Position numbers and translations under genes: made by a program. Shown here piece after piece: positions 38,481 through 51,213 of a stretch of 64,000 nucleotides of DNA (its first letter is position 1; each line of letters opens with the position of its first letter). Where the stretch lies: NCBI RefSeq assembly GCF_006345805.1, contig NC_043012.1, forward strand, positions 3,534,001-3,598,000, read 5' to 3'. A model generated the notes under the pieces. That model saw only the letters and a program-made list of their open reading frames with translations. It had not been told where the DNA came from and made no database searches. Source of the DNA: Octopus sinensis (Eukaryota).

Positions 38481-40232
38481 TGTAAAATATTACCACACAA
38501 CTTAGAGTATTTTCACTTGACAAACATTGTAAAAGGCTGTCAAACAACCAACAGCAGATACACAATAGGTACTTATCCCTTTACATCATCTCATTACCAA
38601 AGAAAATACCAACAGCAGCACTTCATAACTATATGGTTTGAAGTTAAATTCCACTGTATATCACTTTCAGCAACAACATTATCAGTAACAAACATTCTTT
38701 GAGAATGGAATAGATAGGGAGATAGATAGACAGAGAGAGAGAGAGGGGGGGGGAGAGAGACAGAGAGAAAGAGAAAGAGAGCCAAAAGTGTGAAGTGAAG
38801 ACAGGTGTAGGTATGTGGTTAATGAAACTGATTTCATAGCTACATGGTCTTAGATTCCAATGTATATCACTTTTGGCAAAAGTTTTTTTGTCAAAGCCTT
38901 GGGTTGACCAAAGATTTATGAGTGAAATCTGATAAGCAAAACTGTGTGGAAGCCTACTGAAAGGACCGTTGCTGTTCTTGGGTGGTAGACTTAATACATC
39001 ACTTAGTGTAACACTAATGCCCAGATCTTGGATGTTTTCAGTAGAATCAACTTTATTGCAAGCAGTAGAGCCAGGCTTCAAGGATAACGCACTCCCTATA
39101 ATCCAGTCAATATAGCAAGCCCTGAAAAGGGTCAGGAACTTTGCCCTCCCTCTTCTGATTAAATCATTGATAAAAAAAAAACAACAAAAAAGTACCCAGC
39201 TGCAAATGACACAGAAAGAAAAAAATAAAGTAAATGAGAGGGAGACAGTATGAACAAACAAAAAGAGAGTACACATGAACCCCTACACCTATATGTATGT
39301 ATGTAATTACACATAAAGCACACACTAACTTCAGTAGACATACACTGATGTGCAAGCATCTAAGCAGAGCAGAAACCAAAAAAAAAAAAAAAAAATTTAT
39401 AAAAGGGTGGTTTTTCTATCCCCTCATGAATTCTCTCAACACCTGAGTATTTAATAAAGGTAAGAAGTGGACTGGATATCATTGTCTCAAACTGACACTT
39501 TGAATTAATTGTAATGAGTTACATTCTGTCTAAACTGATTACAAACAAACTAATATTTAGAAATTTAGAAGGTACCTTCAAACAGGTATCATAGATAAGC
39601 AAATAGAACAATAGATAGACAAAACAGACAGGCAGACAGAAAGACAGATAGGTAAACACACACATTACTGATTCAAATGTTCATATAAATAAGGTGCTTT
39701 TTTTGGAGGTAGGGTTGTTAGACATCTGCATATTCTTTTCTACTCAAGGCACAAGGCCTGAAATTTTGGGGGAGGGGACCAGTCGATTAGGTCGATCCCA
39801 GTACACAACTGGTACTTAATTTATTGACCTTGAAAGGATGATAGGCAAAGTTAACCTCAGTGGAATTTGAACTCAGAATGTAAAGACAGATGAACCACTG
39901 CTAAGCATTTCGCCTGGTGTGCTAACGTTTCTGCCAGCTTGCCGCCTTACATTTGTATATTACGGTAACACTGACACTCTTTATGCTCACAGCTACACAA
40001 CCATGATATAGATGTAGAAACTGTTATCAGTCAAGGAGATTCAAAGCAAATAGAGTTCTAGTTGTTCAGTGCATCCTGCTTTTAGAAGGTTGCAATGTAT
40101 CATAATACCAAAAGGGCTTGAAAATATATTCCATCAGTCCATTTGCATATGGCATCAAAACCTTTTTGGAGGTTGCCTTTGATATTTTGGTACCATCAGA
40201 TTAGCGACAAAGGGTTGTTTTTCTGATAAACA

Positions 40233-40690
40233 AGATATAGCTGAGAGAGTTGTTAGTCGCAATAATAGGATTAAGGCACTTTTTTTTATCTTTCCATTCA
40301 CGTTTTAGTTATTGGACTGCAACTATGCTAGGACACCACCTTGAAGGGCTTTAGTTGAACATATCAACTCTAGTACTTAGTTTTATTTCTTCTATTAAGA
40401 TCTTTTTTGCTGAACCACCAATTTCAATTGACAAGCAGTGGAGGACAAATCACAACACATAGATATAGCTGAGAGAGTTGTTAGTCGCAATAATAGGATT
40501 AAGGCACTTTTTATTTTCCATTCACGTTTTAGTTATTGGACTGCAACTATGCTAGGACACCACCTTGAAGGGCTTTAGTTGAACATATCAACTCTAGTAC
40601 TTAGTTTTATTTCTTCTATTAAGATCTTTTGCTGAACCACCAATTTCAATTGACAAGCAGTGGAGGACAAATCACAAACACATAGATATA
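40233..40690. repeat. 228-bp tandem duplication
   Basis: Copies start at 40233 and 40461 (agatatagctgagagag). They differ only by small indels. Confidence 0.93.
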
Positions 40691-40851
40691 TATTATACAT
40701 ATATTACATATACATATACGAGCTTCTTTCAGATTCCAGCTACTAAATCAAAACATGAGGCTTTGGTCAACCTGGGGCTGATAGTAGAAGACACTTACCA
40801 AAAGTTCCATGCAGTGGGACTGAACCTGAAACCATGTGGTTGGGAAACTTT

Positions 40852-41052
40852 TTAACCCTTTAGCATTTAAACTGGCCGCATCTAGCTCAAATATTCCACC
40901 TGTTTTATGCTTAAACCAACCACAATGTCATTCTAAAGATAAATAATCACCTCATCGAAATCATGAGGCTATGAGATAATGTGTGATTAATTCAAAACTG
41001 CGAATAAATAAGCATTAGATTTGACAGAATAATCTGAATGCTAAAGGATTAA
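40852..41052. mobile_element. piggyBac-type MITE (TTAA ends)
   Basis: ttaaccctttagcatt ... aatgctaaaggattaa. Related copies at 10742-10951, 47245-47468 and, degenerate, about 22190-22405. Confidence 0.7.
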
Positions 41053-41410
41053 ACAATATTTCCATCTAAAACTAAAATATTATCATACAACCACTCTTCC
41101 AGTTTTTCAACTCTGCCTAGATCACATAGGTGTTGACTTATCGTCAACCAACTTCACTGAAAGCCTTTGAAATATTTCTAATACATTTATGGTTGATTGA
41201 TTTGAATGTCTCTGAATGAATATCTACTTAAACACCTTGTTACAATTCTGCAGAAACTAGCTGTGTGAGGCAGCAGATAAATGGGTGGAAACTGTACTAT
41301 GACTCATCACTTAACAAATTCATTCTCTTCTAAGAATGTAATGAGATTTATTTTTGATTATAATCATGGAACAAATAATTATTTGTTCCATGATTTTACT
41401 AATATGTCAC

Positions 41411-41459
<49 letters not shown>

Positions 41460-42952
41460 AAAGAAAAAAAGAAAACTTTTAGCATCTGCTCTGCTTCTTT
41501 CCTTAAGAACTTCCAAATCACTTCAGGAAACCACCAGAGCCTGTCGTTGAGTTCAGACTTATCCTATCTACAGGAGAAATTCAATCTTCTTTATTTGTAC
41601 CAACGTAATTAAGGACAGCCTATTTCTTAAAGTTGCACTGCTGAAAGAATTCACTTGGTACAGCTATTCACACATATACTGGCAGCATAGTGAAAACACT
41701 GTGATGTTTCAAGTATTCTATGGGGACAAGTTGTAAGTGAGCTTATAACCCTTCAAACAATGGCCCTCTTTTGAGTGCAACAAATCATTTTTGCAGTTCT
41801 GTTCCCAAAAACTTTGGTTTCATCCCTCTCCCCTTTTCATGAGAGTATGTCATTTTATTTCTTAATGTATTTATTTGCTTGCATTGCTTCTTCATTTAAC
41901 TGATTTGCCATTTCTGTTCTTCATTGCAGAAAGTGCAGACATGGCTGTGTAATTGAGAAATCTGCTTTCAGCCACATGGTTTTCGGTTCAGCATGGCACC
42001 TTGGGCATCTTTTACTATAAGCCCTGGGCTGACCAAAACCTTGATTAGTTGTGGTTGTGTGGTAAGAAGTTTGCTTCTCAGGCACATGGTTCCAGGTCCA
42101 ATCCCTACTACTATAAACCTAGGCCAACCAAAGCCTTGTGAGTGGGTTTGGTAGATGGGAATTGAAGCTTGTCATAGGCGCGAGGCAAACCAAAGCCTTG
42201 TGAGTGGGTTTGGTAGATGGGAATTGAAGCTTGTCATAGGCGCAGAGTGGCTGTGTGGTAAGTGGCTTGCTTACCAACCACATGGTTCTGGGCAAGTGTC
42301 TTCTACTATAGCCTTACGCCAACCAAAGCCTTGTGAGTGGATTTGGTAGATGGAAACTGAATGAAGCACGTCATTCCCTTTCACAGTTCTCTGTTTGTCA
42401 CTCTCTCTCCCTCACTCTTCCTCCTTTCCTCACGTGACCATCGGCCATTTTTCTTTTTTCTCCTAACTTGTGTTTCTTTTTTTTCTCCCGTTGCTGCTGG
42501 ACAAGGAAGACATATTCTTGTCTGTCTCCTGTCCAAGCTTGTTTCTTTGTGTATGCCACCACAACTTTGTTTAGGCTTACCAGCCCTTCCTGTTTGTTTT
42601 CACTGTCTTATTTTTGTCACCAATTTTGGCCCTCTGCAAAATCCCAAATTTTATTTAATTTGCTTTGCAGGAGCAAATGTTTTATTGAAGGTGTATCTTG
42701 TTGTGAAATGCTCAAAATATGAATTAAAAAAACAGCTGACAACTGATGAAGGGTCTTCTTTGCGTTGTTTATCTTGTTTTCTATTTGTTTCTTTTGTTGC
42801 TCGCAAAAAAAGTTCATATTCCATGTCCTCATACTTAGAATTTTTTGCTGTTTACGTTTTGTGACGTCCTGTGCCCACATATGCATATGTATATACGTAT
42901 ACATGTAAGTATGTATGTATACATATGTATAAATGCATCTATATATATTATT

Positions 42953-43015
<63 letters not shown>

Positions 43016-44919
43016 GAGTATATGTTTGTGTGTCTGTGTTTGTACCCCAATATCACTTGACAACCGATGCTGGTGCCTCTATGTCCCCATAACTTAGCAG
43101 TTTGGCAAAAGAGACTGATAGAATAAGTACTAGGTTTACAAAGTCCTGAGGTTGATTTGCCTGACTAAAGGTGATGCTCCAGCATGACCACAGTCAAATG
43201 ACTGAAACAAGTAAAAAAATAAAAGAATATGTGGTGTGTGTGTGTTTGTGCATGTATGTACATATGTATGTATGCCTTCTTGTCTTGACATTATGTGATA
43301 GTCGTAAATGAGTGTCACTGTTATACAGGTGGTGTTACTCTTTCCAGTCTTCCATGAAAACATGTCTGGTCATGGGGAAATATTGCCTTGCTTTAGAAAG
43401 ATAATATTTAGCAACAGGGAGAGCATCCAGCTATTGAAAATCTCCTCACTGAATTCTGTTTGAACCCATGCAAGTATGGAAAAGTGGACATTCAAAACAA
43501 GTTCAAAATCCTGCTGAAACTGACAATGTTTCTCAACCTTCTGGGTTCAGGTTAATAAAACAAGTACCTGTAATATACTGGTCCCTATCTAATAAATCGT
43601 CAAGTCAAAGTCAATATATAGTATTCTGAAACAAAACAATAACCCCCCATAGAGGTGTTCATTATTTACGACTGTTTGGCATTTAAATGTTATGACATTT
43701 TAATAGTATTTACACTTCAATTCAAGCTTAAAATAGGAAATAAAATTTTTTTTAAACATTACCAAACTCTACCATCCTAAAATTTCTTTCAACACAAGAT
43801 TAATATCTCACTTTTTATCTTTTACTTGTTTCAGTCATTAGACTGCAGTTATGCTGGGACACCACCAACTTAAAGAACTTTTAGTCGAATGAATCAACCC
43901 CCGGACTTATTTTTATAAAGCATGGTACATATTCTATTGGTCTCTTTTGCTGAACTGCTAAATTATAGTAACATAAACACACACAGAGGCTGTCAAGTGG
44001 TGGTGGGGGACAAACACAGAAACACAGGCTTTGGTTGGCCTGAGACTTGGCCAAGGTATCATGTAGTGGGATTGAACTTGGAACCAGGTACTTGTGAAGT
44101 GAACTTCTTACCACACAGCTATGCCAGTGCATATATATATATATATATATTATTGAAGTAGATAAATGAATTATCTTATTACGGATAATTCAAATGATAA
44201 CTGATACCTGGGTAGCAAAAATCACAACAGAAAAGGCACTGTTGAGGTTACGACCATGGGGCCTAAAATCTGTGCCTTAGTGCGGAAATTTGAAGTTTTA
44301 TATATTTAGTGTAGGAAGAAATGGAGCTGAACGAAGATTTAACAAAATTCCTTTTTATTATTTCCTACATATGTTTCAAAGGCTGCAAAGTCCCTAATTC
44401 GGATTGAATAAGGAGTCCATTTTGCAGCCTTCTCTTCAGGAAAATCCAGGAACTTAATTCTCCAACAAAATGCACAGCAAGCTTTTCGACAAAACGCTCA
44501 CGAGGAGCCCATGGAATAAATGGCACATATATCATCATCATCATCATCATCATCATTTAATGTCTGCTTTTCATGCTGGCATTGGTTGGACAGTTTGACA
44601 GAAGCTGGCCAGACAGGAGCTTGCCACAGACTACTGTGTCTATTTTGGCAGGGTTTTTGTGGGTGGATGCCCTTCCTAACATCCAGCAGAGTGAACTGAG
44701 TGCTTTATACATGGTACAAGCACAGGCAAGGTCAGTTTTGGTAGGGTTTTTACAGCTGGATGCTCTTCCAAACACCAACCACTTTACAGTGTGGACTGGA
44801 TGCTTTTTATGTGGCATCAGGACTGGCAGGGTCACCAAGTACCTTGCAAGACAAGGATCCTTCGAGAGGGGAGGGACAGATGATTAACGGTTATAGTGAG
44901 ACAGAGAGACGTGGTTACT

Positions 44920-44963
<44 letters not shown>

Positions 44964-45147
44964 ATGCAACCCAAATATATATATATATATGTATATATTT
45001 ATTTATATCCAGGGCAAGTGAGTAAATACACAGGCCTAGCCACATGCTGAAGGAAGATGCCAAATGACTCTAAACTACTTTAAATATCACAATAAACACA
45101 CGCCGAACTCGGGGGAAATAAGCGCAAAAGATTCATGAAATGGTTCA

Positions 45148-45208
45148 ATTACATATCAATTGATTTCAGGATTACAGGGAAATTCCCCTTTTCCATCATC
45201 AGTGTAAT
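45148..45208 (-). ncRNA. Type I hammerhead ribozyme motif in a Penelope-like fragment
   Basis: Minus strand reads ATTACA-CTGATGA-[TGGAAAAGGGGAATTTCCCTGTAATCCT]-GAAA-TCAATTGAT-A-TGTAAT. Stem I is 6 bp, the core is intact, and stem III is palindromic (ATCAATTGAT) with an AUA triplet. Confidence 0.75.
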
Positions 45209-46486
45209 ATAACCCATATATATATATATATATATGCCAGGCTTCTTTCAGTTTCCATCTACCAAATTCACTCACAAGGCTTTGGTTGGTCCAAGGTAAC
45301 AGCAGTAGACACTTGCCCAAGGTGCTATGCAGAGGGACCAAAACTTGAAACCATGTAGCCGGGAAGCAAACTTCTTACCACAGAGCCATGCTTAATGTTT
45401 ACAAAGAAAAACTCAATGAATACAATTCAGGGTATAAACGGAAATTTAATAATTTAAACTTTTTTTGTTATTTTTTTTTATTTGATAACAATTGAAAATG
45501 ACTTCCAGTCAAAAACAGGAAGACAGTGTATGCATATTCACATTTACATATCAATGTGTGAGGTGGTTTTAGAGTAACTAAGGAAATTATTCTTTTGTTA
45601 GCACAGCAGAAGAAAGAATTGAATAACCAAGGAGCTATAAAAAGGAAAATAAAGAAAAAAAAAATACTTCTTAAATATATTACATACTATCACTGGGCTA
45701 TGAGGAGAAATTCAATGTGGTTGTGCAATCTGCTGGAAATAGCAGCAAAAAAAGATCTCCTTCAAAAATCACACTCTATTGTTTTAAAAGAGAAAGAGTG
45801 AGTGCATTGGATAATGTGATTTTAGATGTGCTATACTTGAAAAACAAAGACAAAGTGGTCACAGATGGATCGTCCTTGATCATAGGTTCGCTTGATCAGA
45901 GTTGACTTGGGGCTAAAAGTCAACAATGAATATCTACAAGGATTAGTGGTAGTGGGTGATGATGATGATGATGATGATGGTGATGATAGTGTTACTGTAT
46001 GCGCAAGTGTAGGCCTGTGCATGTAAATTGTGGTTATGCAAAGCATTCAGATACATTGAACATAAATAAAAAAATCTACAAGCTGGTCCCTTTCCACATA
46101 TTCAACAAAAGAGAAATGGAGAATGGCCGATGGGGAAGGGAGAGTTATTAAATGAAAAAGCAACTTGTTTGATGATATTGTTTTACTTACAAGGTGGGGT
46201 GGGGAGGAATCAAAGGCATGTCTTGTTTCCTACGATAACAATTGAAAACAAATCAAAGTTGGAAACAGGAAAAACGTACAAAATATCCATATTTACAAGG
46301 GATGGGGGTTTTTTAGAATAAATTGGAAACTAAAGAAATTATTCTTTTGTTAGCATTACAGAAGGAAGAACTAGAGAAATATGGAGTTATAGATGAGTGT
46401 TTATGAGTATATACACACATGTATGTATGTATAAACACAACCTCTGAAATCTGCATTGGATTGTTCACTATTATATTTCTAAGAAT

Positions 46487-46870
46487 TGGAGGCGCAATGG
46501 CCCAGTGGTTAGGGCAGCGGACTCGCGGTCATAGGATCGCGGTTTCGATTCCCAGACCGGGCGTTGTGAGTGTTTATTGAGCGAAAACACCTAAAGCTCC
46601 ACGAGGCTCCAGCAGGGATGGTGGTGATCCCTGCTGTACTCTTTCACCACAACTTTCTCTCACTCTTACTTCCTGTTTCTGTTGTACCTCTATTTCAAGG
46701 GGCTGGCCTTTTCACTCTCTGTGTCATGCTGAATATCCCCGAGAACTACGTTAAGGGTACACGTATCTGTGGAGTGCTCAGCCACTTACACGTTAATTTC
46801 ACGAGCAGGCTGTTCCGTTGATCGGATCAACTGGAACCCTCATCGTCGTAACCGACGGAGTGCTTCCACC
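46487..46870 (+). mobile_element. tRNA-derived SINE, family C, full length with 12-bp TSD
   Basis: tRNA-like head (TGGCCCAGTGGT A-box, GGTTTCGATTCC B-box). Flanked by the direct repeat atttctaagaat at 46475-46486 and 46871-46882. Confidence 0.9.
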
Positions 46871-47947
46871 ATTTCTAAGAATGATGTGGCAGCAGACTGT
46901 ATGAAATGACTAATAGTAATACATTTGGTCTTATAGTATACTAACTTCAAATTGATTGACTTTGTCTTTCATTTCCTTAGGGCATACATAAAATAGATAC
47001 CAGTCATTAACTGGAGAGGAAAATGGTAGATCTCTCTTTGCAAATGTATGGCTAAATGTCAGTGTAATAAATTTTTTATTACAACAGAAGACAGCCATCT
47101 ACACATAGGGAAATTAGTAAAATTAATGTAATCCCAAGTCAGCCCTAATCAAACAAATTATCATCAATAACATGCCTAGAACTATATTATCTGATGTGTT
47201 CTTATCCCTGCCACCCAAGCACCCCACCCACACCTTTTTTAAAGCCCTTTAGCATTCAGATTTCTATGTCAAATGTAATGCTTATTTATTCACATTATTT
47301 TGAATTAATCATGCATTATCTTGTAGCTTCAAGACTTTGATGATGCAAGTGTTTATTTTTAGAATGGCATCACAGGGTAAGTACAAGAGGCCAGATCTGG
47401 TTGGTTTGAACATAAAAGAGATAGAGCACTTGGGCCTGAGATGGCTGGTTTAAATGCTAAAGGGTTAAAGTTTGGTTTGATATCTGAGAAATTTGAATGT
47501 CATTTCATGTAGATCAAGCAACTTGGCTCAACACATTAACGGCTCTGTCGCTGTCTCAAAATATTTTAAAAGATAATGTTGCAGAATGCTGAATTAAATT
47601 GGTAGCAATGAATAAACAAAGATACTTCTACATGGTTGCTCACTCTTGAATCACACCCAAATGTCTTTAAAAAGAGATAGAGAAGGCATCTTTCAATAAA
47701 GTAAACTTTGATTCCCTATGTTTGGAAAACCTTAGACAGAATGATCACAACTAAATGTCTTCTAGTTTATAAGCCTGCTTGGTCAATAGACAATGTTACC
47801 CACTATATCCTACCTTATTTTAAAGGTAACAGTGTATGATTTGGGAGATCTGGCTGTCATTTCTTATAAAAGGTCTACAGGATCAGAACTGATATGGAAG
47901 CTAATCAATAACATAATTGTGTAAGGACTTTCTCTGTCCCTGTCTGA

Positions 47948-48006
<59 letters not shown>

Positions 48007-48563
48007 TCCAGGTGAAATACATACAAGCATTAATGATTATAGACCTTCATGATAAATTCTGAAGATTCATGATTTTCTTTTGAGAAAAACATTGCAATGG
48101 TTTATTTACAGTTTGCTAGTCACCTGCTCTTCTGAGCTTACCATTAAAGCACAGAACCTATTTAATTCTTAGACAATGGAACTGGTTCATGCAACACCAG
48201 GGCATGTCTACACACCAATGAGGATGGTGTGACACATGTCTAGGGGTCAGTCTGTAATGCTTTTGCCAAAGGATCAGTAACTGAGACCCCCGATAGGTAC
48301 TTCCAGCCTGGGCTAGAATGAACTTAAGAGTAATGGTGACCAAGGAGTAACTCCATCCTCTCTAAAACTCCTGAGCAGGAGTCTCACCACTGGTCGAAGT
48401 GTAATATCTTGCGCAGGACAGAACTAGGTTTAAAGGCAATGAATGTTAAAAACTGACCTAATGCACTTTATTTCAATCTAATCTAGAAATTGTTAAGTGT
48501 TATAGTAAATAACAGCTATCAATAAATTAACACTAATTTTCATGTTTAAATATGTGTATGTGT

Positions 48564-48669
<106 letters not shown>

Positions 48670-49031
48670 AACTTTTCAACAAAGTCAGTTAGCTGATTAA
48701 TATGGATGTTTAAGATAACAGAACACTAGGCTGTTTGACATTGTACTTGTTTAGTAATTAATACCTTACGGTTTTGAGTTAAAATGACTCCAGATTAAAT
48801 TGAATAAGTAGCTGTAACATATATATATATATATATATATATTAAGGTATGTAGAAAAATACAACATGGACAAGAACGTATAACTCTAGAAGACGACACA
48901 ATAAACATGGACAGGACATTCGAACCCCTCAGTCTTCAGTCAAGAACCGGATCATCGTATCGTATTTCGGCTGATATATATATATATATATATATAATAT
49001 ATATATATACATATATATATATATACATATA

Positions 49032-49755
49032 CAAAATATTACATTATATAAGGGCTTAGTAAAATAAATTACTTTGCCACATACTGAACTCATTAGAAAT
49101 AGCAGCTAAAGAAATTTCTTCAGCTATTTCTAATACTTAAAGAAGATCTCTCTCAGATAGTGTTTGCCTAACCAACTCACAAAAGTATGGGGGAAAAAAA
49201 AAAAAAACATTAAAAAATCAAGTGCAAAGGTTATTTGAGAACGTACGTTTCTAGATTAGTCAATTCGACATTTCTTTCTTCAGCTCAGAATTCCTTGAAT
49301 CGGATTTGGGAACACTGAAAGTCGGGAGCATACCCTTTCGGCTTCTAATCACCTCTAGAATTCTGCTCGAACTAAAAGTGCTATCAAATTCGAATATGCA
49401 AGCGAAGAATTTCTGCTCTCCCTTCCACCAGCGTGGGTTAAAATTGACAAACACCATGTATTAACGGTGAAAACCGCAGCATTAGCAGAGAGAGATGAAT
49501 TATAATTTCAACAATTGAGGGTAAAATTAATTAATTATTAATCATTTCACCAAGTATTCAGTATGTAAGGGGACCATTAAAGAAATTCTTTAGCTGCTAT
49601 TTCTAATGAGTTCAGTATGTGGCAAAGTAATTATTTTACTAAGCCCTTATATATAATGTAATATTTTGAATTCGCCTATAATGGTCCCTTTACATACTGA
49701 ATACTTGGTGAAATTGATTAATAATTAATTAATTTACCCTCAATTGTTGAAATAT
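49032..49755. mobile_element. Element with nested inverted repeats (A-body-B-A'-B'), possibly Penelope-derived
   Basis: 49032-49120 is inverted at 49580-49670 and 49506-49578 is inverted at 49681-49752. Flanked by (TA)n. Confidence 0.6.
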
Positions 49756-49756
49756 A

Positions 49757-49810
<54 letters not shown>

Positions 49811-50103
49811 TATGTATAAAGGGTTGACTCAGTCTGTTATACAGTTTCATTCTTACACACATGTGACAGTAATAATATCTAAGTAATACATTTCATGAAA
49901 TTTGCTATTAATATTAATTAATGTGTATGTGTAAGTGTGTGCGTTTGTAATCATTCAAAGCCACATGTTCATTCCATTACTACTCAGTTTTTGATCTCCA
50001 TATCGCATGAAGGAACACAGATAGCAAGGAAACTTTGAGTAGGCAATGGAGTGAATCAGCAGCTTTGAACAAATACATAGACTCTAATAACTATATATAT
50101 ACC

Positions 50104-50640
50104 CTTTTACTTGTTTCAGTCATTTGGCTGTGGCCATGCTGGAGCACCGCGTTTAGTCAAGCAAATTGACCCCCAGGACTTATTCTTTGTAAGCCTAGTA
50201 CTTATTCTATCGGTCTCTATTGCCGAACCGCTAAGTTAAGGGTATATATATATATATAGATATATATATATATATAGTTAATCCAAACATGAAAGCACAA
50301 AAAAAAACACAACAACGCAAGGACGTGGAACAAATATAGTATTATTGGACGCTCAGGAAAGAAGGGAAGAAGGAGGGTTTAACGTTTCGAGCAGAGCTCT
50401 TCGTCGGAAACATAGGAGAAGGAAAGATCCAGAGAAGGGAAGACAGAGGAAAAAAAAATCGCCAACAGTACACACGCGGTACAACGGGCTTCTCTCAGTT
50501 TCCATCTACCAAATCGCACTCTCAAGGCTTTGGTCGGCCCGAGTCTGTAGTAGAAGACACTTGCCCAAAGTGCCATGATGTGAGACTGAACCTAGAACCA
50601 TGTGGTTGGTAAGCAAGCTACTTACCACACAGCCACTCCT
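50104..50640 (-). mobile_element. SINE family A interrupted by a hammerhead-bearing insert
   Basis: Tail at 50104-50243, (TA)n plus a foreign insert at about 50244-50483, head at 50484-50640. Confidence 0.8.
50377..50411 (-). ncRNA. Minimal type I hammerhead motif with a core U-to-C substitution
   Basis: Minus strand reads GTTT-CCGACGA-A-GAGC(TCT)GCTC-GAAACGT-T-AAAC. Stems I-III are formed but CUGA has become CCGA. Confidence 0.6.
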
Positions 50641-51213
50641 TTTAAATTTTTAATGACAGTTTATATGGAATTTAAACCCTGGTGAGAATGCTTTATATTA
50701 TTTTTTTAGTCATCCAACTGTCTTACAAAAATAACACATAGGATAAAACAATCAAGGACTACAGTAAGTCTGGAAAAGAGATAGTAAGGCCATGGATGGA
50801 ATGCATTTGAACATAAGTTTGCTCTGTCAAGATTGACCTAAAAGCTAAACAACAACAATAATAACAAAGTTAAATGTTACAAAAAAAAAAATTATCACTT
50901 TTTCCAAGCCTCTGGTAATTGACTGGTATTTTATTTTAGTACCACCCATTATTTTTGAACTTGGAATAAACAAGGAATAAAGATGACCCAAGCAGGATTT
51001 AAACTCAGATACAAAGGTCTGCAAGCAAATATCAGAGGTACCTTGTCCAATGCTCTCAAATTTCTTGTATCCACAATTATTTTTTTTTTTTACTTTCATT
51101 CATTTTCAAATAGTAAATGAAATAAGGCCAGGTGGTGGATAAGAGAATCCACCTGAATCACTAGTAAAAGTGATCACAAGACAAGAGGTAAGTGAATTGT
51201 GGATACCCAAGAT

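Noticed and set aside
38644-39276. 210-aa minus-strand ORF as a candidate ARNT 5' exon
   Set aside because: There is a plausible acceptor near 39122, but no ARNT similarity and no phase-2 GT donor. The ORF ends run through SINE and microsatellite sequence.
42129-42243. 62-bp direct repeat
   Set aside because: A local duplication of a SINE head fragment with no independent significance.
42430-42437. TCACGTGA E-box as an ARNT autoregulatory site
   Set aside because: A single 8-mer inside repeat-derived sequence; not significant.
42733-42760. CTGATGAAGGG motif
   Set aside because: No downstream stem II closure or GAAA; at best a decayed Penelope-like terminus.
46488-46560. tRNA gene
   Set aside because: The tRNA-like head continues into a SINE body and is bounded by a 12-bp TSD.
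48915-48945. Minus-strand CTGAAGA...TTCGAATGTC motif
   Set aside because: GAAAC is broken and stem I does not pair.
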